From: Lama guanicoe
Lineage: Eukaryota
Direction: 5' to 3'
Length of the DNA stretch: 64,000 bases
Assembly (NCBI GenBank): GCA_013239625.1
Contig: MU053482.1
Coordinates: forward strand, 1,401,168 to 1,465,167
Part shown: in pieces, positions 1 through 12,591 of the stretch
How positions within the stretch are numbered: position 1 is the stretch's first letter
Layout of the letters: each line of letters starts with the position of its first letter
The notes under the pieces: model-generated
Seen by the model: only the letters and a program-made list of their open reading frames with translations
What the model was told of the DNA's origin: nothing
Databases searched by the model: none
Translations under genes and position numbers: made by a program

Positions 1-159
1 GCAATCTCACTCCTGGGCATATATCCAGAGAAAACTCTAATTCATAAAGATACATGCACCCCAATTTTCATAGCCGCACTATTTACAATAGCCAAAACAT
101 GGAAGTAACCTAAGTGTCCACTGACAGATGAATGGATAAAGAAGATGTGGTATATATGT

Positions 160-214
<55 letters not shown>

Positions 215-700
215 TATGAAAACTACTCAGCCATAAAAAAGAATGAAATAATGCCAATTGCAGCAACATGGATGGACATAGACATCATACCAAATGAAGT
301 AAGTCAGACAGAGAAAGACAAATATCATATGATATCACTTCTATGTGGAATCTTAAAAAAAATGATACAAATGAACTTATTTACAAAACAGAAGTAGACT
401 CACAGACAGAAAACAAACCTATGGTTACCAGAGGGGAAGGGAAGAGGGAGGGGTAAATTAGAAGGTTGGGATCAGCAGATACAAACTACTATATATAAAA
501 TAGATAAACAACAAGATCATAATGTATAGCACAGGGAACTACATTCAGTATCCTTTAATTACCTATAATGAAAAAGAACATTTTATACATATATATATAT
601 GTATTTTATATATATATATATATAACTGAATCATTATACTGCACACCAGAAACTGACACAACATTGTAAATCAACTATACTTCAATTTAAATAAATACAT
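1..700 (+). mobile_element. LINE-1 3' end (ORF2 tail and 3'UTR)
   Basis: YSAIKKNEIMPIAATWMD-type ORF2 C-terminus, L1 3'UTR and A-rich tail; truncated by the window start. Confidence 0.9.
163..208. repeat. (TG)n microsatellite
   Basis: About 22 perfect TG units inside the L1. Confidence 0.95.
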
Positions 701-1360
701 AAACTCATATATAAATAGTTCAAAATCTTCCTGTGCCACATTAGTTACTGTCTACTGTTCTAAATTTTTCATTTCAGGACATGGCAACATCATACTTCCA
801 GTTGTTCATGCCAAAACCACTGGGGTCATTTTTCACACCTCAGATCCAGTCTATTTGGAAATCCTGTTGGCTGTTACTTGAATGTATATCCAGACCGTAC
901 TTCTTACCAAGTCCACTGCTACCATTCAGGTGGCGGTTTCTTGCCCTGGTTACTGCAGCAGTCTCCCAGCTGATCTCCCTGCTTTCTCCCCAGCCCTCTC
1001 CCAGCATTGTAGTTTCAACATAGTAGCAAGAGTGACCTTGTTAAAATGGGTTTAGGTCCTGTGACGTCATTTGATGTCCTCTTATTCCACTTGGAGTAAA
1101 ACCAGTGTCTTAACAATAGCCCTTAAGGTCCTGTACAAGCTGCCCTCCCCACCTAACTTCTCTGATCTCGCCCAGCATTCTGACCTTCCAGCTGGTTTGT
1201 GGACTTCTCAGGCATGCTCCCACATCACGTCTTTAGCACTCGCCATTCTCTGTGCCTAGAACGTGCTAATCCCCAGTTATCTGCCTGGCCTTCACCCCCA
1301 CCACCCTCAGGTCTTTTCTCAGATGTCTCCTTATCAGTTCCTCCCTGACCACAGATTTTT

Positions 1361-1426
1361 TTTTTAATTGAAGTATAGTCAGTTATATCGTGTCAATTTC
1401 TGGTGTAAAGCATAATGTCCCAGCCA
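1361..1426 (-). mobile_element. Very short L1 3' tail insertion
   Basis: Poly-T then the reverse complement of an L1 terminus; TSD ctga(c/t)cacagattttt at 1345-1360 and 1427-1442. Confidence 0.8.
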
Positions 1427-2984
1427 CTGATCACAGATTTTTAAAATCGCAAATACCCTTCTGGGATAGCATTTACTATCCCTCATCCCTGACTTATATT
1501 GCTCAGTATCACTTACTACCAATTGCTATATTTTTACTTTGTTTATTATCTGCCTTCCTAACCCCCGTAGATTTTTGTCCATTTTGCTCACTGAATTATC
1601 CCTTGTGCCTAATTACCTGATGCAGACAGAGCTACTTACAAATGCTTGTTGAATAAATGAAGAAATAAGTCTAAGAACCTCAAGAAGACCCATATCCCAT
1701 CAATCCAAAGAAAATCTCTACTAGTCCCTTGGAATGCATCGTTCTAGAGTTCTTATTCTGGATATTTATATTCTGAGTTGGACAGAAATGAGTGGCATAA
1801 AAGAAGTCAGCCTCCCCTGCCCTTTAAATTAGGAAAAATAGACCAAAACCTTTTCAAGATGCAAAAACAGACGTAAAATGTTCTGGAAGGTATTAAAATT
1901 ATCAATAAAAAGCAATGGGTGGAAATACTCATGTTTGACCAAATTTATCATTTCCACTAAATTGTTATGTTCACAATTGTATTTCAAGTCAATTTGGTTT
2001 CAGTCAAATCAATTTGGAAGCAGTCTTGTTGGAATGGATTTCAGAGTGAGAATACCTGAGATCAATATAGTTATATATCAATAGTTCAAATCTTCTCTAT
2101 TCTACTTTTGTTAATGTATCTTGTTCAAAATGAATACATTATTAAGAAAACTAGAATGCCTACTATGTGTATTGACTGTATATAGGGGCAAATTCATGTT
2201 GCCCTGCAACGCCTCAGGATGACCTAGAATGGAAGCATGATGAGTGAGACTAGCTTTCTGTAACAGGTTACCACCTTGCTAACAACCACTGAATGTCTAT
2301 CATGTGCAGGCACTAGCTTAGCCTTATTATAACCCAGGATATTCTTTATAGATGATTGAGGATATCAGACAACACCTGAATTTGTAGGTATATGTGTCTG
2401 TGGTTAAGAAATCAATGGTCTGAGCCACTGCATTATAGTCTATCCTGAAGATAGACAGTGTCAACATGCGATAGGTATTCAGGGAGCCTGAAAGAAGGGA
2501 AATCAGAAAGCAGGACTCAATGCTGGTGTCTGCTACCCTGCCCAGCGTCATGAGCATCCTGCTTACTGGACGGTGATGGGGGAATGCTTTGGAAAGTCTC
2601 TCCCGTACCTGCACGAGATGCTCCTGAGGATGAGCCTGGCCTTCGTTACCCATCAAAAAAGCTTGGCAGCAGAAGTTGGGAGGGGTGGATGTATATATCC
2701 CATGTCACATATTCCATTCGCTAGAAATGAATTGCCCCTGTCCTGCATTAATACACCTACCTTCGTGTTTATATATCCTCCTCTTGACTCTGGGACTCAT
2801 TTCCTTGAGCCTCCTCATGGCAAGTATCTCAACACAGTTGAGTTTCTGGGCTGACAAAGCTGAGGACCTGGACTCTTAAGTCATCTCCAGGACTCTGCCT
2901 GAGGAGCCAGATTCCCTCCCTGAAACAGAAACATTTTTGTTGGCTCTCAAACCAAGCTTCAACTTGTATTAAGAACTTATTTCA

Positions 2985-3130
2985 GGGGGGGGGTATAGCT
3001 CAGTGGTAGAGTGCATGCTTAGCATGCATGAGGTCTTGGGTTCAATCCCCAGTACCTTCATTTAAACAAACAAACAAACATACAAACAAACCTAATTACC
3101 TCTCCCCACCACAAAATAAATTATTTTTGT
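2985..3130 (+). mobile_element. tRNA-Ala(AGC)-derived SINE, vic-1-like
   Basis: tRNA-like head with A box (tagctcagtgg) and B box (ggttcaatcc), (AAAC)n then cctaattacc tail; TSD ttaaga(a/g)cttatttc at 2969-2983 and 3131-3145. Confidence 0.85.
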
Positions 3131-3499
3131 TTAAGAGCTTATTTCTTGCTTCTTACTTTTTGATGTTGTGCCCAGAATGTTAAGTGTTACACAGAGATTA
3201 ATCTCAACAAACATGGGGTATGGACTATTTGTAAAACATAGTTAATTTTCTTTTGTAGGAGTGGGCTTCAGCTTACATCTAAGTGGGTTTCAGACTTTTC
3301 CAGTGATATCTGAACTGGTGGGATGGAATTAGCAAAAGTCTGTTTGCTTAGAGCTAAAGAGATTCCTGAGGAAAAATTTATACTGAGGGAAGAATGATCC
3401 AGGTTCAAAAGTGTGGCGAGATAATGAAACCTTCATTTCAAGGGGCCAACTGGAGAACAATATGGTGTCTGTCTCTTGCATGTGTCTTCCACTTTTTTT

Positions 3500-4015
3500 T
3501 CCCCCAATTTAAATAAAGTAGCAAAATGCACATAATATAAAACTTACCATCTAACCACTTTAAAAGTACAGTTCAGTGGTATTACATACATTTGTAATAT
3601 TGTGCAACCATCACCACCATCCATCTCTGTAACTTTTGTCATCTTGAAAAGCTGAAACTCTATACTTATTAAACAATACCTCTCCATTCTGTCCTCCCTC
3701 TCAGCCCCAGCAAGCCCCATTCTACGCTCTGCCTTTATGATTTTGACTATTCTAAATATCTATAGTAAGTGGTATCATACAATAATTATCTTTTTGTGAC
3801 TGGCTTATTTCATTTGGTATAACGTTCTAAAATTTCTACAATATTGTAGCATATGCCAGAATTTTTTTCCTTTTAAAGAATGAATAATATTCCACTGTAT
3901 GTATATACCACATCTTGCTTATCCATTCACCTATCAATGGATACTTGGATCCCTTTTATGTTTTAGCTATTATAAAACAATGCTGCTATGAATGTGGGTG
4001 TACAAATATCTCTTC
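3500..4015 (-). mobile_element. Old L1M 3'UTR fragment
   Basis: Typical antisense L1M text (cagttcagtgg...tgtgcaaccatcaccacc...gaataatattccactgtatg...tgctgctatgaa). Confidence 0.8.
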
Positions 4016-5149
4016 ATTGTCTCCCACTATTGCCTTGCTAGACTGAGCCCAAAGAAAGCAAGAGTGAACTCCTTAAATCAAAACTGAAAGAAGTGTTTCA
4101 CTGAAGTCCCTATTAAACAGCAGGACCCAAGCAGTACTCATGGAGGGCAGCACAAAGCAGAGAGAAACTCTTCCTCATTTCACCAAGGAATATGATAGTT
4201 TTGACACCTCTAGGGTTCCAGTAGCTCAGTGGAGGAGCTGGGAGAAGAGTGGGGACACCCAGAGGAGTGTGGTGGCAGTGGCCCTGAGGAAGGCTGGAAG
4301 CTGAGAAGGGAAATGCAATTCCTAGTAGATGTAGGGTGGGAGGTGGAAGAACCACACTGCCTGATGGGAGCAGACCTGTTCCTAACCACGTGACACACCC
4401 TTTAGTGCTGCAGGAGCTTTAAAGGGCATTTGGCAAGGGCTGAGAGATCCTTCATGACAGATGGGAGCAGGAATAAGTGGGACTTGGAGTGTTGTTATTA
4501 GGGTGGTTCTGTTTCTACTCAGACTAATGAGGCCTGGAGGAACTCAAGTTACCTTCCACACCTGCAAAAAGTTTTCACCTTGCATAACAAGTTTCTCAAA
4601 TATTAACGAGTACATGAACCAAACATTTTCAGAAAAATTTTCTTAGGTTGTCCACCAGACCCAGTTCCTCCCTCTCCAAGCCACACTCTCAGATAACTCC
4701 AATCCACTGCTTCCACCTGCTTTAGAACAGCTCCCACCAGCTGTCCAGACACAGCTCGTGCCCATGACGATACTCTATCTTGTATTATCTTCTGATAACT
4801 GCAAGGTACATTCACACTGTGCCTCCAACAAGACTGGAGGCCCTTAGCTGGGCACATCACAGATGTTTAGAAATACTTGCTGGTGGCTTTCTTACTTTCT
4901 AGAACTAGCTTTCTGATAATACTTCAGTGTAGAGGTAGAAGGAAACTCTAAGATGTCTCAGTGGATTCCAAGGTTCTTGGAGAAGGAGCTTGACCCAAAG
5001 ACCAGATCCTATTTTAAAAAATAATTCTGTTGAACTGAACTGAATGTGGGACCTGCTTGCTGAGAGGAATTCTCATTGTGTGGCCTAACCATTCTGATAC
5101 TCAGATCCATCATCTATATATAGGGGATACTCACAGCAAATATGCCCAC

Positions 5150-5430
5150 CTGAAAGGCAGCACACACTGTGTCAGACTCTAGTATAAGACTGCTGGGGTT
5201 CAAATCCACGTTCTACCAGTTTACAAATGATCTGACTGGGGATATTTCTGAATTATTTCCACACCTTGGTTTCTCCATCTTTAAATGGGGATGATGATGA
5301 TGACAGTAATGGTGGTACTGATGCTTACCTCACAGGATTATATGATGATTATATGAGATAGTTTATGTAAAATGTTTAGAATAGAGCCATGGAGCCTAAC
5401 ACATAATAAGTTATAGATTCGTATTAGCTG
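5150..5430 (+). mobile_element. MIR SINE
   Basis: gggttcaaatcc...ccttggtttctccatctttaaatgggga...acctcacaggatt core. Confidence 0.75.
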
Positions 5431-5561
5431 TTAGTATCCTTACAGAAATTTTGATGCAAAAATGTACCCATAAGAACTACTGCTACTTAATGTAGGTTAG
5501 TTTCCATTCCCTCACGATAAACAAGCAAATAACAAAATAGATTTTAAAAATGGTCAAAACA

Positions 5562-6059
5562 CTGGATAAAGAAGTTGTGGTATATTTATACAATGGAATA
5601 CTACTCAGCCATAAAAAGACTAAAATAATGCCATTTGCAGCAACATGGATGGACATAGAGATTGTCATTCTAAGTGAAGTAAGCCAGAAAGAGAAAGAAA
5701 AATACCATATGATATCACTCATATCTGGAATCTAAAAAAAAGAAGAAGAAAAGGAGGACACTAATGAACTCATCTACAAAGCAGGTTGCTGGAGGAAAGA
5801 GGGTGGGAAGAGAAAAATTTGGGAGTTTGAGATTTGCAAATGTTAGCCACTATACATAAAAATAGATTTAAAAATTACAAGTTTCTTCTCAATAGCACAG
5901 GGAACTATATTCATTATCTTGTAATAACCTTTAATGAAAAAGAATTTGAAAATGAATGTATGTATATGCATGACTGGGACATTGTACTGTACACCAAAAA
6001 CAGAGACATTGTAACTGACTGTACATCAATTTAAAAAATAAATAAAAATAAATAAAATC
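5562..6059 (+). mobile_element. 5'-truncated L1
   Basis: ORF2 tail KIMPFAATWMD, 3'UTR, A-tail; perfect TSD aaaatggtcaaaaca at 5547-5561 and 6060-6074. Confidence 0.9.
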
Positions 6060-6309
6060 AAAATGGTCAAAACAGCAAAGGAAAAGCAGCACTCTCTTTC
6101 CCACAAATGAATTTGTCCACACTGAACATGACCCCAGTCTGCAAAGTACTGCACATTCTTACTAACATAAAGAAAGAGAAGGTCTGTGCAGCGTCCTTCG
6201 AGGAGGATGTCTTCGAAGCTTCCTCTGAGACCTGTCTGGGAAGACGGGCCAGTGCTGCCTTTGTGGATAACGCTATGGGGAAGGAGTTTCATCAGCTTAG
6301 AAAACTTAC

Positions 6310-6482
6310 TCTTGTAAAGTCCCCAGTCATGGAAGTGCAGGCCAATCCAGCACATGAAAGCACTGACGGTCATGAACACTCCAGGTGAGTCAGTCCACAG
6401 CCCAGGCCCCAGCTGGCTGTCCCAGTGATGGAGTCGTGCCCAGATCTTCCAGAGGGCAGAGCATGGGGCTCCCGGAGCCATC
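6310..6482 (-). pseudogene. Fossil exon E of the second protease domain (Ser region to C-terminal helix)
   Basis: tcttctag acceptor, phase 0; DGSGSPMLCPLEDLG /fs/ SITGTASWGLGCG /fs/ DSPGVFMTVSAFMCWIGLHF; donor gtaagt. Confidence 0.88.
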
Positions 6483-7296
6483 CTAGAAGACTATGAAAGG
6501 CCTGGGTCAGTTCTTAGCACAGTGAAATGTACAAGCTTTCCTCAGATGTTTGGGCTAGTCCACTGAGGGTGAAGGGAGAAAAACAGGACTGGATGGTGAT
6601 GATCCAGAAAAGAAAGGACAGGAGGATATTCCTGCTGGGATCCGGGAGGGCTAGGCTCTTAGAACAGCTGATTATGGCAGAGCCTACTCCCTGTAAACTG
6701 ATAACAACCCCTGATCAGAGTTAGGGGTTAGTGGGCCATCAGTCTTGATATGCAAACTGTAGATTTCACCTTGTGATATATTTTGTCTGCTAATTTAATT
6801 TCTTTAACACATGTTAATAATCAGTCTGATGAGAACTGAGGAGGAATAAAGAATGTATGATTTATTAACTACTGTCAACATTCCCAGACAGGATGAAATA
6901 GATCTTTAGAAGCCAGAGTTGCCTGCCCCAGCCCCTGCTGCAAGCCAGAGTGATAGAGTTCTGGAAGCAAAGAGAAAGGAAACCCAAACCCTAAAAATAT
7001 AGAAGGAGGATCCTTTTCTGTACTTCCTAACTGGAGTAGAACAGTTTGGGAAATCCAAAGGAAGCTTTTTTAGAAAGGACTATTCATATCTTAAAAGAAG
7101 GTTCTTAAAATTCTCTACAGTGGGTCCCAGAGGATCCTGAAGATTCTAATCTCTGCCGTTGGCACCGCAGCTCCACCAGGGGCTCTCTCCTGTCAAGCCA
7201 CCAGCTGACGAGCAGAATCTTCCCCACAGGCTGACAGCTCCCCCATCCTCCACAGGCACTGTGAGAGAGGAGAGGTGGAGTGGGTGGAGAGCTTAT

Positions 7297-7448
7297 CTAG
7301 CAGGAATCCTTCTCCCACTCAGAAGGAAAGCCAGCACCCAGTGTTCTCCAGAGCATCCGTGGAGAGAGGGGCACAGAACATACCTGGCAGGTTTCAGAGG
7401 CAGGGATGGGAATGGCAAGCTGCAGGAGCTTGGTGGCCTTCTCCCCAT
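7297..7448 (-). pseudogene. Fossil exon D of the second protease domain
   Basis: DGEKATKLLQLAIPIPASETCQVCSVPLSPRMLWRTLGAGFPSEWEKDSC*; 152 nt, phase 1 to 0, same as exon 6; donor reads ataagc instead of gtaagc. Confidence 0.88.
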
Positions 7449-8369
7449 CTTGAGGGCAAGGAATCTCTTTTGTTAAAGTCAGTTAAGGTTTAGAAAAAAA
7501 GCAGAATGTATTTTCAGGGGATATTTGGGAATGTTATCCATAAAGACAAAAGGAAAAAGGATTCTACCACATGGATTAAAAGGTAGGTGATATTTCTCTG
7601 CAGGCTGCCAAAGAAAATTATATTACCCCAAACATTTATACGAAGTGACAGCTGTGGGAATAAGAAAGAGGAGCCTACTACATATTGTGAGAAAATAAAG
7701 TTCCTTGGAAGTCTTAAGGCTAAGAAATAAATTGTCACTGAGATCATCCTGGTGTGTCAGTGCCTGCATCCAGGACTCCTGAAGCCCAGGAGCATCTGCA
7801 ACAGAGCCCAGAGACTAGAACTGTACTTGGGGGGGTGTCTCTGAAAGTGAAATCCGTCTCTATTGCTGCCGCTCTGTCACTTCTGTTTATTCTCCTACTT
7901 TAGCAGTCAGACCACGGAATCCTGGCTTACTGAGATTACCCACAATCTGCCAATGGCCAAATCAAAAGACCTCTCTTTCCATTCTTACATGATTAGATTC
8001 TGTCCAGCATTTTGCACTATTGACCACATTCTTCTTAAAACCCAAACTCTCTCCCCAGCTCCCATGCTCTGTCCTGCTTCTCCTCCTCCCCTTGTACTTG
8101 CTCCTTTCAGCCTCTTTGCTCAGGTCCTCCTCTCTCCCTTTGCTCCTTTCCCTCTGAACATAGCCTTCCTCCAGGCTGCCACCCTCACCGTACCTGCTAC
8201 CTCTCAAATCCCATCATCCCCGCCTGCATTCTTAATCCCTGGACATGTGTAGCTAGACATCCCACTGGTACCTGCAAAATTACCAGATACAGACTGAATT
8301 CATCTTCATTGTCTCACACCCTCCCTGCACCTGCTAAGATACTCCTTTTTTTCGGTCAAGAGGAAAGGC

Positions 8370-8790
8370 AGAGGCAGTACAGCATAGCGGTTAAGGGCAT
8401 CGAGTTCTGACGTCAGACAGTCTAGGGTCTGAATCCCTGTTAGGCCACTTTATTTGGGCAAAGAACTTGATCACTGAGCTTCAATTTATTCATCTATAAA
8501 ACTAGGGTTAATAACAGGACCAATTTCTCAGGTTTTCTGAAAGGACTGTATCAGATAATGCACATAAAGGGTTTGGCCCAGAGTAAATAATAAATGCAAA
8601 GTATTATTTTTTTTAAAAGTCAGATTGTTTTTAAACTGTTCCTGAAGCTACTGTGATTTACATTCATTTTAATGGGTTCTCTTTGCAGAGCAGTCCCTTT
8701 AATGGGGATGCGCCCCTCCCAGTTCCTATTGGTTGTATTTAAAATAAATATTACACCATCAAAAAATAATAAATGCCAGCTATTATTGTG
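8370..8790 (+). mobile_element. MIR SINE interrupted by a 166-bp insert
   Basis: MIR-like 5' end and core at 8370-8597; MIR tail (aaatgccagctattatt) resumes after 8763. Confidence 0.7.
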
Positions 8791-8991
8791 GTTAGCTTTT
8801 ATCTACGCAATCACTTGAGTTAGGTGCTTTCTTTCCTCCATTCTAAACATAACTGGTCATCAAATCTTGCTGATTCTGTGAAAACAATGTTTCTTGAAAC
8901 TGCTTTTTCCTCCTTGTCACTCTTGTAGTCCTCACTGTATTCTACCTGGGCTAAATGTTTTCACTGCAGAGTCATAATACAGCTAGGACAT

Positions 8992-9930
8992 GTTACCATC
9001 ACCTTCTCCGTGGACATGATCCACCACTACGTGTCCATCTGGCTTCAGAGTGACAAGAAACTCACCAGGAACAAGCCTCTGACAGTCAAGTCCTAATCTG
9101 AAGCAGAGTCCTCAGGGGAAATGGAAAATACATGACACAAAAATATTACTTCAACAACCCAGAGGATGGATTTTTCAAAAAACTAAAAGGAAGGTTGTGC
9201 GACTGAGCCCCTTTGCTCACAGACACAATGGGAGGCAATGCAACAGTGTCCTCCCTATGATTCTTATTGGTGGATGGATCAACATGACATTCTCAGGCTT
9301 TGTCACAACCAACATCTCATTTCCACGGACCCTCTGTTTTAAGCCTATGTTACAGCAAGGAATAGAACCATTCACCTTAAATGCATCCTAGGTGAATTCT
9401 GCATCCTGGTACTTCCTCAGTGCCTTTGGGCTTCAGAGCATTTATTCTGATTTGGGGCCAAGATGCTGACCAGTTATGGATGATGCAGGAGCAGATGACT
9501 GGAGCAGCCACGGCCGTGCCTGCAGACACCAACAAAGCTTTTAAGACAGAGTGGGACGCTTGGGAGCTGGATCACAAGTGGGCACTAGATAACGTTGAAG
9601 AGGAGCTCATGGCCAAAGACCTCCACTTTGAAGGCACTTTCAGAAAAGAATTATAGACCTCTATTTTTTGAAGACCAAGTAGGGATTAGCTGTGTCAGGA
9701 ACTCAGAGTAGCGCTTAACCTTGTAATTTTTGTTTCAGCTGGAGCCTCTCGGAATAAAATGGAGGATGCACGAGCCAAAAAACAAACACAAAAACAAATG
9801 CACTTCCCATGCATTTCCTCAACTGTTTCCTGCCTCTGCTCTTTCCCTCTATCCTCTTGACTTCTGCAGATTAATTTCTCTTTGGTACAGGTCTTTTTTT
9901 TTTCCCGCTTCTGCACTTGAACGGCAGTAG
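8992..9930 (+). pseudogene. EMC3: EMC3 (TMEM111) processed pseudogene, 5'-truncated, with probable 3'UTR remnant
   Basis: Intronless; fragments [94 protein letters not shown]. Premature stops at 9099-9101, 9389-9391 and 9654-9656; native stop 9669-9671; several indels. 3' end approximate. Confidence 0.93.
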
Positions 9931-10788
9931 TTCCTATCACTTGACTATGAGATAGAGTCTAACCTTCTTAGCACCAAAATAAGACCCTTCACAACTGGGA
10001 CTCAGGCTGTAATTTTAAATAACCTCCCCTCAACTCCCCCCATCAAAGCACCAGGCACACAGAACTGCCCTCTGCCCTTAACGTTCCTCTGCTTAGTCTT
10101 TCTGATCCTTAGTTCATGCCAGTTGCTCTGAATGGAATGCTTTCCCTTCTCTACTGACCTGGAAAATTTCTGATTCTTTTAAGACCCAGCGTAAGTGTCT
10201 CATCCTTAGTTATGCCTTCTCTGACAGTCCGAGGAAGTCACTCTCTTCTCTGTGTTATCTCTGAACACAGCACTCGCATCTGTTACAGTGTTGATCACTG
10301 TGTGCTTTGGGACAGTTACACACAGTTCTTAAATTCTACACTAGAAACCATGGACTGGGTTTTATTTGCTTTTGCATCCCCAGAGCCTAACTGAGGGTCT
10401 GGCAAGAAGATGGTGCTCAGTGAAGCCTTGCACATGAGCATGGGAAAGAATGAATGAAACAGGGGATCAGTCTTGTGTCCTCGTGGTAGGACAGGAAGGG
10501 TGGCAGAGCACCAGAGTGGTGTGGAATTAGCCGCCATGTCGGGGCAGTGACAGATGACTGTGCTTAAACTGAGCCTAGTGCAGGCTCTGCCTCCGCAGTG
10601 GGGTGGCTGTCCCTCAGCTCTAGGAGCCTCGGTTTCTTTTCTTTCTGTAAACATTGGGTAAGTGTCCTCACCTTTTCACAGCACACAGGCAGTGTGAGAA
10701 GCCTGAGCGAAGGTGTGTAACTAAGGGGTCTGACGTCCTGCAGACATGGAAGGTTCCCAGGACCCTCATGCCAGGGCTGATCCCAGAC

Positions 10789-10984
10789 CTGGGGAAGGAC
10801 CTCCATCCTGTGACTGCACACAGTCTGGAAGCAGCTGCCCGGGGCCCCTCTTAGGCCACAGGCTGGATGGAGGTGCCTACTCAAGTGAAGCAGGTTCACC
10901 GGTTGCAAAGATGCCAAGTCATGGTCCACAGTGGACCTGCAGGAGGCAGGGTGGCTTACGTGGACCAGTAAGACAAAAGGAGTG
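10789..10984 (-). pseudogene. Fossil exon C of the second protease domain (Asp region to GW); boundaries approximate
   Basis: VHVSHPASCRSTVDHDLASLQPVNLLHLSRHLHPAC, then after a frameshift AASRLCAVTGW; equivalent to HP.F....DYDIALL.L...P.CLP...C..xGW. Confidence 0.8.
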
Positions 10985-11440
10985 CTAAACAGACCCACCA
11001 AAGAAAGGAGGCACACGGAGCTTAGGTGCTTGAATTCCCCCCAAAGAGGAAACAACTTGAAGGATGGCTGCCTGGTCACCACCAGGGATGGTGTCTGACT
11101 CATCCTTGTGTTGTTAGTACACTGCATGGGGCCGGGCGGACGTGGGCCTTAGGGAGAGTTTCTTAAATGACTCATTCATTCTACAGTCTCGTTGGGCTGG
11201 AAAGAAGGAAAATCTGGCCAGGAGAAGACGAGGTCATTGTGAAGCTAGACATAATTACAAACATCGAATTAGAATTTAGATCCTCCCTATCTCTCTCCTT
11301 ATAAAGGGAAAAAAAATTCAATCCAAATCTTGTATTGGCCAACATCGTGGGAACCACACAACTAGTGGAGCTGTGGTTGTCATAGTGAGATGCTGGTGGC
11401 TAGGCTGGCTGGAGAGAAGGGAGGCTCTGATGCTTCTGAC

Positions 11441-11493
11441 CCAAGGGGAACCTTTGGCCAAATCATGGATGCTTGCATTCATCACCCAGGCAG
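11441..11493 (-). pseudogene. Fossil exon B of the second protease domain
   Basis: Strong polypyrimidine acceptor (tttctttttcttctcacttttag); AWVMNASIHDLAKGSPW resembles the V-x-AG-x-HDL strand (compare exon 4 VTAGEHDL); donor gtcaga; phase does not match exon A without an indel. Confidence 0.6.
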
Positions 11494-12591
11494 CTAAAAG
11501 TGAGAAGAAAAAGAAACTCAGATATGGCCTCATTAAAAAATATGGGGTTAGGAGTAGTTCTCTAAGGAGGCCGGGAATCAGAGGAAAGCAAGGTCACCAT
11601 CTTGACCATCGCAGTGAAGGCAGCAGCCAGCGACTCAGCAAGGCTCTAGGGAATGTTCTGTCTTCTATGTACATAGAAGATCCTCGGGCTCAGAAACATG
11701 AAGCAGTCTGTCCGACGTCACTCAAGTACTTAAGAGCTCTAATGGGAACATAATCAAGCCTTGCAGCTTCACTATAATGTCAGCACGGATTATAGCCGTG
11801 CCTGTCTGTCATCTGCAAGAAATTTCTCAGAGCCACGGTCCCCAGCCTCTGTTCAGCCTGTCTGTCCAGGTCAGCTGAAGAGACTCGATAGGGTGCAGTC
11901 AGAGGAAATAGGGTCATTCCAACAACCTAACTGTTTTCTAAGATAAAAATAAAATCTCTATAAAATGACAAGACACTAACTAGTCTAATTTTTAAAAAAG
12001 ATTTTTAAAATATACAAAATTGGAAAAGTAGAAAATATCACAAAAACAGGAGGCATAAGGAAATATTTTGTACAACACAAAGCAATTAGGAAATTCTGAA
12101 TGCTATAGCTATTAGTAGGAGATTATAAATTATCAGAATTGACTGAGGATGTATTTTTTAAACCTAAAAACCAATAACAAGGAAGGAAATTGAGAAAGTT
12201 ACCGTTAAGTCTTCAAGAAATAGATGTTTAGTATATGTAATTACATGGTGTCATTGTTTATTCTTCTGTTATAAATTCATGCAAAGCATAGAGCAAAAAG
12301 GAAAGCTCTAAAAGAAAGTTGCTACAAGAGTAGATCTTAAAAGTTTTCATCACAAGGAAAAACAATCGTAACCATGTATGCTGGTGGAAGTTAACTATAC
12401 TTATTGCAGTGACCACTTTGCAAAAAGACAAGTATCAAACAAATGCAAAATATTATGTTGCACATCTGAAACTAATGTTATATGTCAATTATACCTCAAT
12501 TAAAAAAAAAAGGAGAGCTCTCCAGTTCTTTTCATGAAGAGCACTGATACCCAATTCTGACAAAGGCAGGCGATGGAAAGAAAACTATATC

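Noticed and set aside
42..397. HTHTHT and VCVCVC repeat proteins
   Set aside because: Translations of the (TG)n microsatellite inside an L1.
2989..3060. Apparent tRNA-Ala(AGC) gene (also near 20113-20185)
   Set aside because: Followed by a shared SINE tail and flanked by TSDs, so it is a SINE head rather than a tRNA gene.
4213..4321. ELHFP motif on the minus strand resembling OVCH2 CUB1 (ELHFPES)
   Set aside because: Five-residue match only; the surrounding translation has no CUB features.
6026..6481. 151-aa minus-strand ORF as a standalone gene
   Set aside because: Crosses frameshifted fossil exon E, then runs through intron into an L1 tail.
10564..11127. 187-aa minus-strand ORF as a standalone gene
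   Set aside because: Only the central part is meaningful (fossil exon C); the rest is intron-like and the protease similarity changes frame.
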